A stretch of 34,348 nucleotides of DNA. Source: Catajapyx aquilonaris (taxonomy: Eukaryota). The translations under genes were made by a program, and so were the position numbers. Location: the NCBI GenBank assembly GCA_000934665.2, contig JYFJ02004149.1:1-34348 (forward strand). The letters run 5' to 3'. Position 1 is the first letter of the stretch. Every line of letters begins with the position of its first letter. Below the pieces are notes generated by a model. The model was not told where the DNA came from and did not search any database. It saw nothing but the letters and a program-made list of their open reading frames with translations. Below are positions 24,045 through 34,348 of this stretch, piece after piece.

Positions 24045-24298
24045 GATACCCCGTGATAGGCCCCTTGGGCCTCTTAGGGGATCATCTTTTGAATACCCGA
24101 CTTTAATCATTTGCCTGTAATGTGATGGATTTTGATGGTGGGAGGAAACGGGAGAACCCCGAGAAAACCCACGCGAACACGGAGAGAACCCATCGAAACT
24201 CTATCCACATAAGTATCCTCTGTCCGACCCGGGGATCGAACTCGGGACCTTAGAGGTGGAAGGCTGCGGCGCTAACCACTCGGCCACCGTGTCGCCCT
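23990..24298 (-). mobile_element. Full-length SINE family C (V-domain-like)
   Basis: Head GGGCGACACGGTGGCCGAGTGGTTAGC, (TTA)n tail, 16-bp TSD TGGATTACAATATAAT (23974-23989, 24299-24314). Confidence 0.92.
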
Positions 24299-25012
24299 TG
24301 GATTACAATATAATGTGCACCTGTGGGCAAAAGGTCAGTGACCCTTTTCATGCTGGCTCATTTTGACTTGTAAGTGCTGACCTTGAAGAAAATGGAGATG
24401 AATGAAGCCCTCAGTTTAATAAATATCTATTTGAAGCTCAAATAATCTTTCGCAATAGTGACATCACACATTGATAGATCTGGCCTACCTGCCCATATCC
24501 ACTCCGTTCTTGGAAGTTTATGTAAACCTTGAAAAGTCTGTAATGTGTAACACAACGATATTTGAAACAGCTTCTGATCTGTTAATGGGCATTTTAAAAA
24601 TTTCAGGACAAATTTTGACCCTCCCGCCCCACTTCTTTTTCTTCCTTCCCCTTGTATCTTTAGCTGACCCCCAATGATTAAAATGAGGCCATTTTTATAC
24701 AAAAATATGTGGGGGCGAAATTTCACTTTCCCTGGACACATAAAACAACACCTCTTGATGAGGGACAATAACCGCAGGTGTGCATATTGTGAGTAAAGCT
24801 CCATGTTCTCTAATGTGTTACAGAAATCCTCATCTTAGGCATAAATTACACACATATTTTCAGAAATTCAATTTTTGTGCGCATTCTGTCTAGTAAAATA
24901 TAGTCAAATTCGTGAGTTTCAATTTCTGGTTGGTTCCCCAATTTCTTGGCGTCCTAACAAGTTCATCTATCTTTGGCATTTTCAAGTTCCCTCGAAAGAA
25001 GTCAAAAAAGAT

Positions 25013-25291
25013 ACCAAAGCAGTGGTGGCGGAGGGGATATGGTATCCGACTGCTAATCGGGAGGTCCTGGGTTCGAATCCCGGGGCCGGCAACTCTAACC
25101 GTGGTTTTCTGTGGTTTCCCACGGTTCCTCCAGGAGAATTCCGGAGTTGTTTCCTAAACTAATAGGCCACAGCCGCCTCCTTCCTTTTCTATCCTATCCC
25201 AAAAAGCGCAGTAAAAACGAAACGACGAGTTCCAGTCAAAACAAAAATAAATCCCCCCTAAAGAGCCACTGGCTGATAACGGGGTATGAAT

Positions 25292-25332
<41 letters not shown>

Positions 25333-25662
25333 TTGATACCCCATTATCAGCCTACGGGCTTTCCTAGGGGGGGATTTCTCCCATTTTTTTTGTCTGGAAC
25401 TCTTCCATTTTTACTATTTTTCTCATCACCGGAATGAAGCAGGGAAAGGGAAGGAAGGAGGCGGCTGTGGCCTATATTACGGTAACGACCCCGGAATTAT
25501 CCTGCAAGGACCATGGGAAACCACAGAAAACCATGGTCAGGGTCGCCGGCCTCCGGGATTCGAACCCAGGACCTCCCGATTAGCAGTCGGACACCATACC
25601 ACTACACCACTACTGCTTCGGTGAATTATTATATATATTATTGTTATTATTATTATTATTAT
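25013..25662 (+). mobile_element. SINE family B whose tail is split by a second SINE
   Basis: Head and body at 25013-25290, remainder of tail at 25622-25662. 14-bp TSD AAGTCAAAAAAGAT (24999-25012, 25663-25676). Confidence 0.88.
25295..25621 (-). mobile_element. SINE family B variant inserted antisense in the tail of the previous copy
   Basis: Head CCGAAGCAGTAGTGGTGTAGTGGTATGGTGTCCGACTGCTAATCGGG. TGAATTAT is duplicated at 25287 and 25622. Confidence 0.85.
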
Positions 25663-27029
25663 AAGTCAAAAAAGATTGTTGAATAATCTGCATAGAGTTC
25701 CAGTAGGTGTAGTGTTAACTTTGATAGCATTTTATTCGAATGAATAGTTGAAGGCTAATATGCACTTGAATTTAATGGCATATATTGTCAGGGTATACCC
25801 TAGTTTTAGGCCCGATTGATAAAATGGATGGATTATATTAATTTTGTCATTTACAAAGGAACAATGTAGAATTTCCTATTTCCTCGTGACATGGATATTT
25901 TAAAATGATTCCAGCAAACATGCAGAATGATGTTATCTGTCACAGCATCATGTGATTAAGAACAATGGGAAAGCACAGTAGGGTGACACTTGGCAGGACT
26001 AACCAGTCAGGTGAAAATTTGGCATACACCTGCTACATGTGGTTAGATCTGTACTTCTTTCTTACCGGTTTCATCTGGGCAGCTGGATGGTCTCCAAAGT
26101 CTACCAAAGTTTAAATTTAAAGGTTTTGGATTTGGAAAATGTCCAGTTTCCAAACATCAATCATTGTGGGCCCCCAAACCACTGTTGACAACACCCTTGA
26201 GAGTCACATATTGAATGTGAGATGCTGTTACATCCTTCATTAATATTGAACTTTGTGAAATTGGGATATGTGAGTGATGGAAGTATTTCACATTTTGCCA
26301 GCAACTACAAAATCAGACAACTGTAGATCTTGGCCAATATCATTTAATTTCCTTTCGTACATTTCTTTTTGAGTGTGAGTTCAAACATATTTTCCCATGT
26401 CTTTCAGAACTGTGTTAAGAAAGATAATTTATACTGTAGGAGTGAACTTGTTAGTAATACTGTATTACCAGGCATATTGCAGAATGCCAGTAAAAATGGG
26501 GATGACCAGATGTTGGAAAATGTGTATCTGGTGGCTGCACTGGCTTGCCAATATGTAGCGTGGGATTTTGTCCACATTTTACTGCAAAAATGAATTTTTT
26601 TTCGGGATGGGGAAATGATTACGGGAATAGAGCCCAGCCACTCTCCCCAATGAGTCAGGGGCCATGTATGAAAACCCTATGCTACCACTTCACACCTTTT
26701 GACAAAACCTGACCTTCCTATCACACTCTGAGCAAGGTTTAATTGTTATTAACAAGCATGAGCTCATATTTATACCTCTAACCTACAAATCCTTTTGCCC
26801 CCTCCACACAAGGCATTATTTTGGACACTCAATGATAGTTTAAAAAATAACGTATTATAATTTTCATGGGAACGAGTATCACAAAGTTGCGCCACTTTAT
26901 GACTGCTCCCAGAGGTATACTGGCTCCCTAGTTGGCCTTGTTTTACATTGGTATGGTTCTGTGTATGTAGTAATACAATTTTTAAGACTTTCTGTAATTT
27001 TTTTGCAGAGACCCATTTTGGATTTAATC

Positions 27030-27412
27030 ATGGCCCCTCCAACTTCTATCAACCCTCTTGATGAATTTCTGGAATCCATTAAGATGAGCCAGGATCATCC
27101 AACATGGAAGAAAGAGGCCCTTATAGAGAAGGCGGTGGAGTCCCGCTTAACACAATCTAATATGCTTCCCGCGGAGTGCTTGTCAGTTCTCCATGTGTCT
27201 GCTGCTTGGGCATGTGATGGGGATGAGGATTACCTGCACCGAAAGGGAAGGAGCGTCTTCAAGCAGGTCTGTGGCTATTGTACCTCAGCTGCCAGGCAGT
27301 ACCTCATCGGGGACAATCTTGGATGCCTTGCAACCATGCTCAGACCAGACCTGCATCCAAACCAAGTGCAGGGCATCAAGATGGTCCATGATGGAATTAA
27401 GATTATTACAAG
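27030..27412 (+). CDS. USP35/USP38-like deubiquitinase, first coding exon
   Basis: LDEFLESIKMSQDHPTWKKEALIEKAVES...ECL resembles the USP38/35 N-terminus (MDKILE..VSS.HP...K..IV.KVVES...QC). Acceptor ttgcag| at 27008, donor AG|gtcagt, phase 2. Confidence 0.75.
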
Positions 27413-27792
27413 GTCAGTGGTAGTTTTGCAATTGTGCAAGCTTCAATTTGATAGCATGAGAAATGTTGTGGGGTGGCAGAGTGGCACAGTGGTTTTATGC
27501 TGTAGCTGTCAGCCTGTGAGGTCCCCTTGTAAAATGGATGAAACCAATAGTTTGGGGGGAAAGTAACGACAGCATTTTGCCCCAAACAATTGGTTTCATT
27601 GCTCAGCGATGCTCAGTGCTGATCAAATCGCTCATATGTAAATGTGGCCTTAGAATGCAAAGGGGGCATGCCCACACTTCCCATTGAAAGTATGTATTTG
27701 TTGCCCTGGTAGAGGACTTTTTTTTTCTTTACTCCACCCCTCCCAGCATTTAAGCATGTTGCTTGTAAACCATGTGACTGTTGCATTTTCAG

Positions 27793-28151
27793 CTACCAGC
27801 TGGCTACTGGGGATGAGCTGTCAGCCATATGTGACTCAATTTCCTTGGGTTTGGAGTCATCTCTCCGTGAGTCAAACCCTCGTCTAGAAACTCTGGAGTG
27901 TGCGGCAGAGTTCCTGCGGGAATGCCCCAATTGCCTGGGCAGCAGGCGGGAGGCAGGGGCCAGAGTGTTTTCGGCAGCTGTGGCTCACCTGGGAGGTGTA
28001 GTCATACCCAAGGCCAACACTGTGAGTGTGATGCGAAAGGTGGATGCAGTCGCCAGGCAAATGGTTGCCCTGGTGACACCTGGAGGAAGTACTGATGTTG
28101 AGCGCATGCTTGATTGCCTTAAGGTTGTCTATGCATCGGTCTGTGACAAAT
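27793..28151 (+). CDS. USP35/38-like coding exon 2 (YQLATGDELSAICDSISLGLESSLRE...VCDK)
   Basis: Acceptor ttttcag|, donor T|gtaagt. 359 nt open in the phase-consistent frame, with helical-repeat character. Confidence 0.75.
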
Positions 28152-29033
28152 GTAAGTATAAGTGTAATATGTATTTTTCCCAGTTGCATGATCAGTGGGG
28201 AATCCCTAACAACTTGTTGATCACATTATATCATCTGGTGTACTACAACAAGCGTTGTAGTACAGCAGGTTGTAGGAAGTTGATTTGCTGTTAGTTTGGC
28301 CTACCTTCTGATCATCATCGTGGGATAATCCAGAACAAGTGGTGTTAGCTCTCCTATGCCATGTTTATATGCACATCATTCTGTGGTCTTTTCTAAAAAT
28401 ATCTAAGCCATTAATTTCAGACAAATGGTCCTCAATGATAAAATTTGTACAAAAATATGCAGTTTCCACAGTCCAGAAACATCTTGCCTTGCCATAATAT
28501 ATCAATGAGTGCAATATATTTGCATGGCAGCCTTGGTGAAACCAATAGTATCATTGTAAAAGTGGAACATGCTCATGCATGACCCACAACCCCTCTCATA
28601 GAGACCTTACCCCAAACTCTTCTCTTCCCCCATTGTGTTTTACTTGGACATGACCATATTAATGTGATGGAGCCACTTAAGTGCATTATAAAGTTTAAGA
28701 TTCCATGCTAATGGCATAGTTGATGACAATCAATAACATTATTTTTAAACTAAAAACGTGACTGTTGCACTGATTTTAGGGTAGAATATGGTGTCAAGGT
28801 TTGGGGGTAGCCCTGCATGTCAAAATTGATAAATCAAGGTCAGTGGTATTTTTTGATGTTCCCCCCCCACCCTCCCACCCACCCACCCCTAAGGGCAAAA
28901 AGTACTAGTATGGACAAATTTGCCATGCTTCCTTTTGCCACTTGTCCCTAGAAAAGGACGATTTTTTCTCATGCCAGTACAATAAAATAAAAAAACCCCA
29001 CAGGTTTTTTTTATTGTACTGTCATGAGCCATA

Positions 29034-30710
29034 CAGGGTGATTATCTCGAATCCGAACCCAAACATTCCTCAAAAACTTTTTAATTAGTGTTCTCAATGA
29101 AAATTGACATGTACTTACCTTGTATGATGCCAAATAAGGTCTGCCTAGAGAATATGTTGAAAATGGTCGCCTCCAGCATCCAAAAAATATTTGAATGCGA
29201 GTCTGCATAGGGTCATTCCATGTGAAATGGGCAAGGAGTGGTTGCTCGACTAGCTAGTTAATTTTTTATATATATTCACCACGGGTGGCCTTGATATTGA
29301 CTTGCCCAAAACTTTTTGTTATTTTTTTATCTGCCACCATCTTGGATTCACACTCAATTTTCTTCACCGCAACGAGCAAAAACAAACTTTTACAGGGGTT
29401 TTGAAAAGAGGCTGCCATTTGGTTTCTGTCAAACATAGGATGTTCTGAATTTCACTGCATGAAACGAGAGGTCTTGGCCTTTTAGAATATGTAGGCTATA
29501 TACATGTAAGATAAAATTTTGGCAACTGGGACTTTAATGGGCTTCAATATAGCTATCAAAATGATAAATTTTTCCAATTTCAAAGGCCTGTAAAACCAAA
29601 AGGGCTTGAAATCCCAGGGTGGAATATTTTTGTCCAAGGACTCCGACTGGCAGGGTATCCAGCCATGGTGAAATAAATCCGGGTTTGCCAAGCCCTTCTG
29701 GCCACTTTTTCAGTCCAAATTGGAAAAATTACGAAATTTGCGGATTTCAAGGTCAAATATCTCGAAAGGGGGGCCTGGCAAAAATTTGACATTTTGGCCA
29801 TGGATACTCCTACTAGTGCTTAGTTAAAAACTGTGAAAAAAACCTTGGGCTTTACACTTATGACATCCCTTAGGGAGACGGAGTGGCGCCGTGGTAACGC
29901 GTGCGCCCACGGAAGTTAAGGTCCCGGGTTCAATCCCCACCCGGGGTCCCACCTTCTTTCGTGCAGAGTGAGACCGTCTCTGGCTTCGTTTCGGGTGGCG
30001 ATCCTTGCACATAAGCCACCCGGGGGAGTTCACAAAACGGCAAATACAACGTCTGTGCACACGCACTTTGCACATCCCCTCCTACCTACCCTTGGAACAC
30101 ACTAAGTACTATCACACAGTACACCAGTTCCACCCAAATGGTGGTAATTCCACCCCCCTAATGGAAATCAACTCCCAACGGGGTACAATAAAATAAAATA
30201 AAAAATAAAAAAATAAAAAAAACACTTATGACATCCCGCGGTGAAGCTCCCGAGGCTCAACATACGTAAGGGCGAAAGTCGCGTGCGCGTCCTGCACACG
30301 TCCTGTCTGGGCTGGCGGGATCATAACGGCAGCAAACTCCCGCCATGTCAGGGCTTGGTGTCAGTTGTTCTGAGCTTAATTCTGTATATGATGTGCTGCC
30401 CTTCAGTAAACCTCACAAGAAGAAATCAGGTCTAGTGGGGGGCCCTCATCTGGCTTCAGCTCTCACAGGTTGGGCAGGTGTACCCGGCTGCCCCGCTCAC
30501 CTCTGCACAGCCATGTATACGCCAATATGCAGACTCGCATTCAAAAATTCTTGGATGCTGGAGGGGAACATTTGCAGCATGTGCTTTAGGCAAACCTTGT
30601 TTGGCATCATGCAAGATAAGTAGATGTCAATTTTTATTGAGAACCATACTATACAATAATAAAAAAGTTATTGAGGAACATTTGGGTTCGGATTGGGGAA
30701 AATCACCCTG
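29034..30710. mobile_element. Tc1/mariner-superfamily element with inverted arms of about 175-185 bp and nested insertions
   Basis: TA|CAGGGTGATT...AATCACCCTG|TA. 29034-29208 is an inverted copy of 30526-30710. The arms encode a transposase-like C-terminus. Confidence 0.8.
29870..30221 (+). mobile_element. Full-length SINE family A
   Basis: A/B boxes, (AAAAT)n tail, 16-bp TSD ACACTTATGACATCCC (29854-29869, 30222-30237). Confidence 0.92.
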
Positions 30711-30952
30711 TAGACCGAAGCAAGTTGATGTGGTGGCATGTGTGCATATGCCTTGTCTCATTCACTCTGTCACATATTTATTACCATTTGATAATGATTA
30801 CAGTGGGGGTGCACTGAAAAAATATGGAAAGAAGTGTCTCTTTCTAGCAGCCCTTCATGATGTGTTGGAACATGGAGGGTGTTTTTGGACATGTCTTACA
30901 TACCACCACACTGTTTGATTGCTCATTTGTAAGAGATGATGTGTAGTTTCAG

Positions 30953-31023
30953 GTGAGGGAACAGATATTGCTGTCACCCTAGCACCGCTGTTGGATGCTA
31001 TCCCTTCAGCTGCAATTCCACAT
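30953..31023 (+). CDS. USP35/38-like coding exon 3 (EGTDIAVTLAPLLDAIPSAAIPH)
   Basis: Hand-translated 71-nt exon, tttcag| ... |gtaagt. Bridges phase 1 to phase 0 and resembles the USP38 segment PS.ALASLVQHIP. Confidence 0.75.
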
Positions 31024-31100
31024 GTAAGTGTATTATGTGGTGTATTTTTGCTTACTCAGAAAGCATAATATGAAACAATTGGGCTCATTAAGGATAAATA

Positions 31101-31789
31101 CAGGGTGTGCACTATGAACGTCCCTAGTTTCAAATAGCAGTAAAAAAATAGACATGCGGAGGTATTTAAGGTCTTAGGGCCGGTTTCACCGAGCTCAGTA
31201 TATGATAAAACCAGGGTATTTCTCAAAATCCCTATCTATTTGTATGGATTTTCCTAAAGAAACCTGGTTTTATCATATACCAAGCTCGGTGAAACCGGCC
31301 CTTAGTTGTTTAAACGGTCTGGAGACTCAACAAGTTTCATCCTGAATTTTTGGAATAACTTGTGATGTGGTGGTGCTCTTGTGGGGAATGCTGTCGGAAG
31401 ATGCAAACATAGCTTCTACAGACGGAAAAACGCAAGTTTTGTGATGATTAATGAAGCTAAAGTTGATCACTTGAGTGCTGGACATGGTGGACAGTTCGCT
31501 TTTCCACAACTCCAAGACAGAGAGTATGCAACTAAAGTGGACAGCCCAAATAATGACGTGTCCTCCATCACCCCTTGACATGCTGGAGAGCACCTCGGGG
31601 AGGGATATTATTGCCTTAAAATTGTCCTTGCTACTAAAGGAGCACACGTGGAAGGCTACTGATTTTTTCATGAGTGTCCTGTATGATTTCTGAGTGTCCC
31701 TTCTCATTTGTACAATTTCGACATCATGGTCCAGTAACTTGCTTAATAATAGCAAGTTGAAACTAGGGAGGTTCATTGTGGACACCCTG
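31101..31789. mobile_element. Deleted Tc1/mariner-type element with a transposase remnant
   Basis: TA|CAGGGTGTGCACTATGAACGTCCCTAGTTTCAA ... TTGAAACTAGGGAGGTTCATTGTGGACACCCTG|TA. A frameshifted LDM../QFAFPQLQD at about 31478-31518 resembles rosa/DD41D transposases. Confidence 0.8.
31177..31301. mobile_element. PIF/Harbinger (Tourist-like) MITE nested in the previous element
   Basis: TTA|GGGCCGGTTTCACCGAGCT ... AGCTCGGTGAAACCGGCCC|TTA. Confidence 0.88.
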
Positions 31790-31853
31790 TACTTACATAG
31801 CTGCTGTATTCTCCCAATTATGTAAATCACTCAGGCCTTTTGAGTGCCCTTTA

Positions 31854-31997
31854 GGCCGAGTTGCACTGGCCTCTGGAAAATTATCCAGCCGAAAAAGAGC
31901 CAGGATAGTTTGTTATTCATTCTTGACAGCATTGTTGACAACAATGAATAACAAACTATCTTGGCATAAATTTTCCGGGAGCCGGTGCGACCCGGCC
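31854..31997. mobile_element. PIF/Harbinger-like MITE
   Basis: TTA|GGCCGAGTTGCACTGGC ... GCCGGTGCGACCCGGCC|TTA, an imperfect foldback. Confidence 0.75.
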
Positions 31998-32019
31998 TTA
32001 GTTAGAAAAGAAAGTGATT

Positions 32020-32190
32020 TGGGTATCACAAGGATGTAGTGGCCACAGGAATTCCACCTCTGGTGTCGTGAGTTTTAGCCTCAGGTCAGGTGAAGGAGTG
32101 TCGCATGTGGGAAGAGTTTCAGGATTCTCTCCCAGTCTTGTGTGGGTTTTCTTAAGGCCTTCCCATTTCATCCAGTTTCAAAATCCATCA
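32020..32190 (+). mobile_element. Highly degenerate family C-like SINE
   Basis: TTCCACCTCT ... TTCTCTCCCAGTCTTGTGTGGGTTTTCTT ... CAAAATCCATCA, collinear with family C. Confidence 0.55.
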
Positions 32191-32556
32191 AAGTGTTGAG
32201 TTCAATAAAGTTGGACAAATAAAACAACATTGCCTCCTGTGACAGGTTTGGTTTAGTATTGGAGAAGGCTGAGCAGGCTATCTGGGAATGGAGAGGGCGA
32301 GAAGGGAAGAGTGGTTCTTAGACAGAGTGTGAAAATGGGAGCTCTTTAAGAAAACCCATGCAAACATGAAGAGAACCTATTGAAACTATTTCCAAGTGAG
32401 AAAGTGTCCCTGTGTCCGATGTGGGAATCGAATGCATGATCTCAAAGAGGGAAGCCTGTGACATTGGCCATTACACCACTGTGTCACTCCCTCAGACAGG
32501 TCTATCACAGGGTATTCATTATCAAGGTTACTGTTTTTATTGTTATTACCATTCAG

Positions 32557-33021
32557 GCAGTGCATGGAATGCTCCAAGAGGATGGATGTAATGATGTCCA
32601 GATTCAGGCAGTACTATCTACCCTGTGCCAATGGCTCACAATGTGGCCTCACACTGTGAACTTGAACTTATGGGCTGTAGCTATGATGGAAGAGCTACAA
32701 GCCCGAGGCAAGCAGGAAGCCTTGGCATCTGCCGCTATGACTTCAGCTGACAAACTAGTGCGGTGCCTTCTAATCCCAGTGTTCAGGAGGGAGGCAGCTC
32801 CTGTGGTACTACGGGTTCTATCCACTGCACAGACCCACCCACCCATTTTGGAAAGAGTGATTGGACTTCTCCCAGAGGTGGTAGTCAAGCTAAAGCAGGA
32901 TGCAGCCAAGGATGATGTGGCCAGCAGTATTGTTGTTAGACTGGCAGCCCTTCTCAGGGTGTTGCTGGCTGGAGAAGGAGCTGCACGTGTGGATGTAACT
33001 GCTAGGGAAGAGATCTTTCAG
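32557..33021 (+). CDS. USP35/38-like coding exon 4; gene continues past the window
   Basis: AVLSTLCQWLTMWPHTVNLNLWAVAMMEELQA...LLIPVFRREA resembles USP38/35 AL.RMIDW.SWP....D.W.IALLKGLAA...L..P.VR..A. Boundaries attcag| and CAG|gtgagg, 465 nt, phase 0/0. The catalytic USP domain is not in the window. Confidence 0.8.
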
Positions 33022-33899
33022 GTGAGGACCTAGGGTCGAGTTGGTAGTTAGTGAGAATGGCCTGCTATTCTACCTGATGTCAGAGATCTAGGTCCTGGAG
33101 ACATGTGGGTGGAATGATTTATCTCTGCAAGAAGCAGGAGTTATTCACCTTCCTGGGAAGGCTGGAGAACCTTGCTTTGTTAACATGTGACTAAACCGAG
33201 CCTGAGTAGCCATACTTTACCCCTGTTTATTTCTATACATATAAGCGTTCAAAGCACCAGTTTCGAGTATATTTGTTTACATGCCAGTGAATACAGAAAA
33301 TTTTGTCATGCTGACTAATTATAAAACTTTAGGACTAAATGGACTTCACCAGGCAATAGAGAAGAAAAATGCTATTTAGTGGTGTATAGAACTCAAAACC
33401 GCCAAATTTGTGCTTGGTGGATTTCTCTTGCATGCCCATGATAGGTTCCCTGATTTGTGAAAGCATGAGCTTAAAACACATGAATTTACAATATTTTGCA
33501 CTTAAAATAACCATGGAAAGTGCTAGGAACCTTCCAGAATTATTTTAATTTTTATGGACATGAGAGATGATGCCCAATTTTTTAATTACAGATAACTCAC
33601 TTAGACTAATATTTTTTTAAACTCAATGCAAATTACACAATGTGGTAAGGCTTCAAATGGGGTATTGCAAAGCTGATATTTAGTGAACAATAAGCTGCTC
33701 AAAACATTGGGCATCAGATATAATTTTCATTAAAATTGAAAATCTGAAGGGGTCCTAACATTTTCCATGGCATTTCAACTGCAATAAAATTGCAAATTCA
33801 CCGGTTTTTCAAGCTCACAGTTTACAACTCAGGGAACACGTGTTAAAAACTGACAAGGGACATACCTCGGGTGATGATGACGGATCCTGATGAAACTCA

Positions 33900-34234
33900 A
33901 CATGCTAACCCAGGACAATATATGATGACCAACAATAAAATATCTCGGGCTGAAACCCATATTTGCAAAATATGTGTTAAAGAGACAAAAATGGTACATT
34001 TCCATTCACAATGGGATTAAGTTAGTGACCATGTATAATGACATTGAAGTGTGTAATCAGTTTCATTGTACCAAATACACGTAATTACAAAATGCACCAT
34101 TCACCACACCAATAGAGTTCTGCTTTGACAATTGTGCTACATGTGATGAGATGAGCTTCTTTTGTTGTGCACATTGCAATATGTGTTTCTGTATCAACCA
34201 TGCATTAAAAAGTGAATTGCACATGTGTAAATAA
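33900..34234 (+). pseudogene. Degenerate DNA-transposase C-terminus with a Cys/His cluster (possibly Tc4/Tc5- or pogo-related)
   Basis: 34091-34234 translates NAPFTTPIEFCFDNCATCDEMSFFCCAHCNMCFCINHALKSELHMCK*. Upstream frames are broken by stops. Confidence 0.5.
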
Positions 34235-34253
34235 ATGTAAGAAAGTTAAACTA

Positions 34254-34348
34254 CGAGGGTCGTCCAATAAGTTCTGAGCCTGATGTTGAAAGACATGTTT
34301 GATGGTCAAAATTTTATTAAGACTTTTCGACGTAGTCACCTGGAACCA
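34254..34348. mobile_element. Start of a mariner-type element running off the window
   Basis: TA|CGAGGGTCGTCCAATAAGTT, a typical mariner TIR start. Confidence 0.6.

Noticed and set aside
15008..30221. tRNA genes at the A/B-box-containing heads
   Set aside because: Each continues into a shared body, simple-repeat tail and TSD, so they are SINE heads rather than tRNA genes.
31327..31830. 167-aa minus-strand ORF
   Set aside because: Crosses a transposon TIR, lies antisense to the transposase remnant and has no recognisable domain.
5700..33000. Intron-embedded RNase P/MRP RNA or snoRNAs
   Set aside because: I looked for P4 signature motifs and boxed C/D pairs by eye and found none convincing. 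An Infernal/Rfam scan would be needed to exclude them.

Overview
Eukaryotic, most likely arthropod (insect-like) genomic DNA with spliceosomal introns, so most ORFs in the track are spurious. Two genes are arranged head to head around a CpG-rich region at about 19.7-21.9 kb. (1) Minus strand: a complete 4-exon RNA polymerase I subunit RPA43 (POLR1F/TWISTNB) gene, join(19894..19710, 14547..14405, 13310..13094, 5609..3164), 996 aa. A normal core of about 182 aa is spliced in frame to an exon of about 815 codons that is Lys/Ser-rich and low-complexity. (2) Plus strand: the first four coding exons of a USP35/USP38-like deubiquitinase (27030..27412, 27793..28151, 30953..31023, 32557..33021), which continues beyond the window. 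The introns hold many tRNA-derived SINEs (at least four modular families, many with clear target-site duplications) and MITEs of hAT, Tc1/mariner/pogo, piggyBac/Kolobok and PIF/Harbinger type, often nested. Most notable: the very long RPA43 tail with Nopp140/Treacle-like charge blocks and a repeated helical motif, a 3' stem-loop shared by SINE families with different heads, repeated antisense SINE insertions into SINE tails, and a MITE built from two transposase 3' ends. All family assignments come from recalled motifs, not database searches. I see no prokaryotic-type system (CRISPR, defence island).
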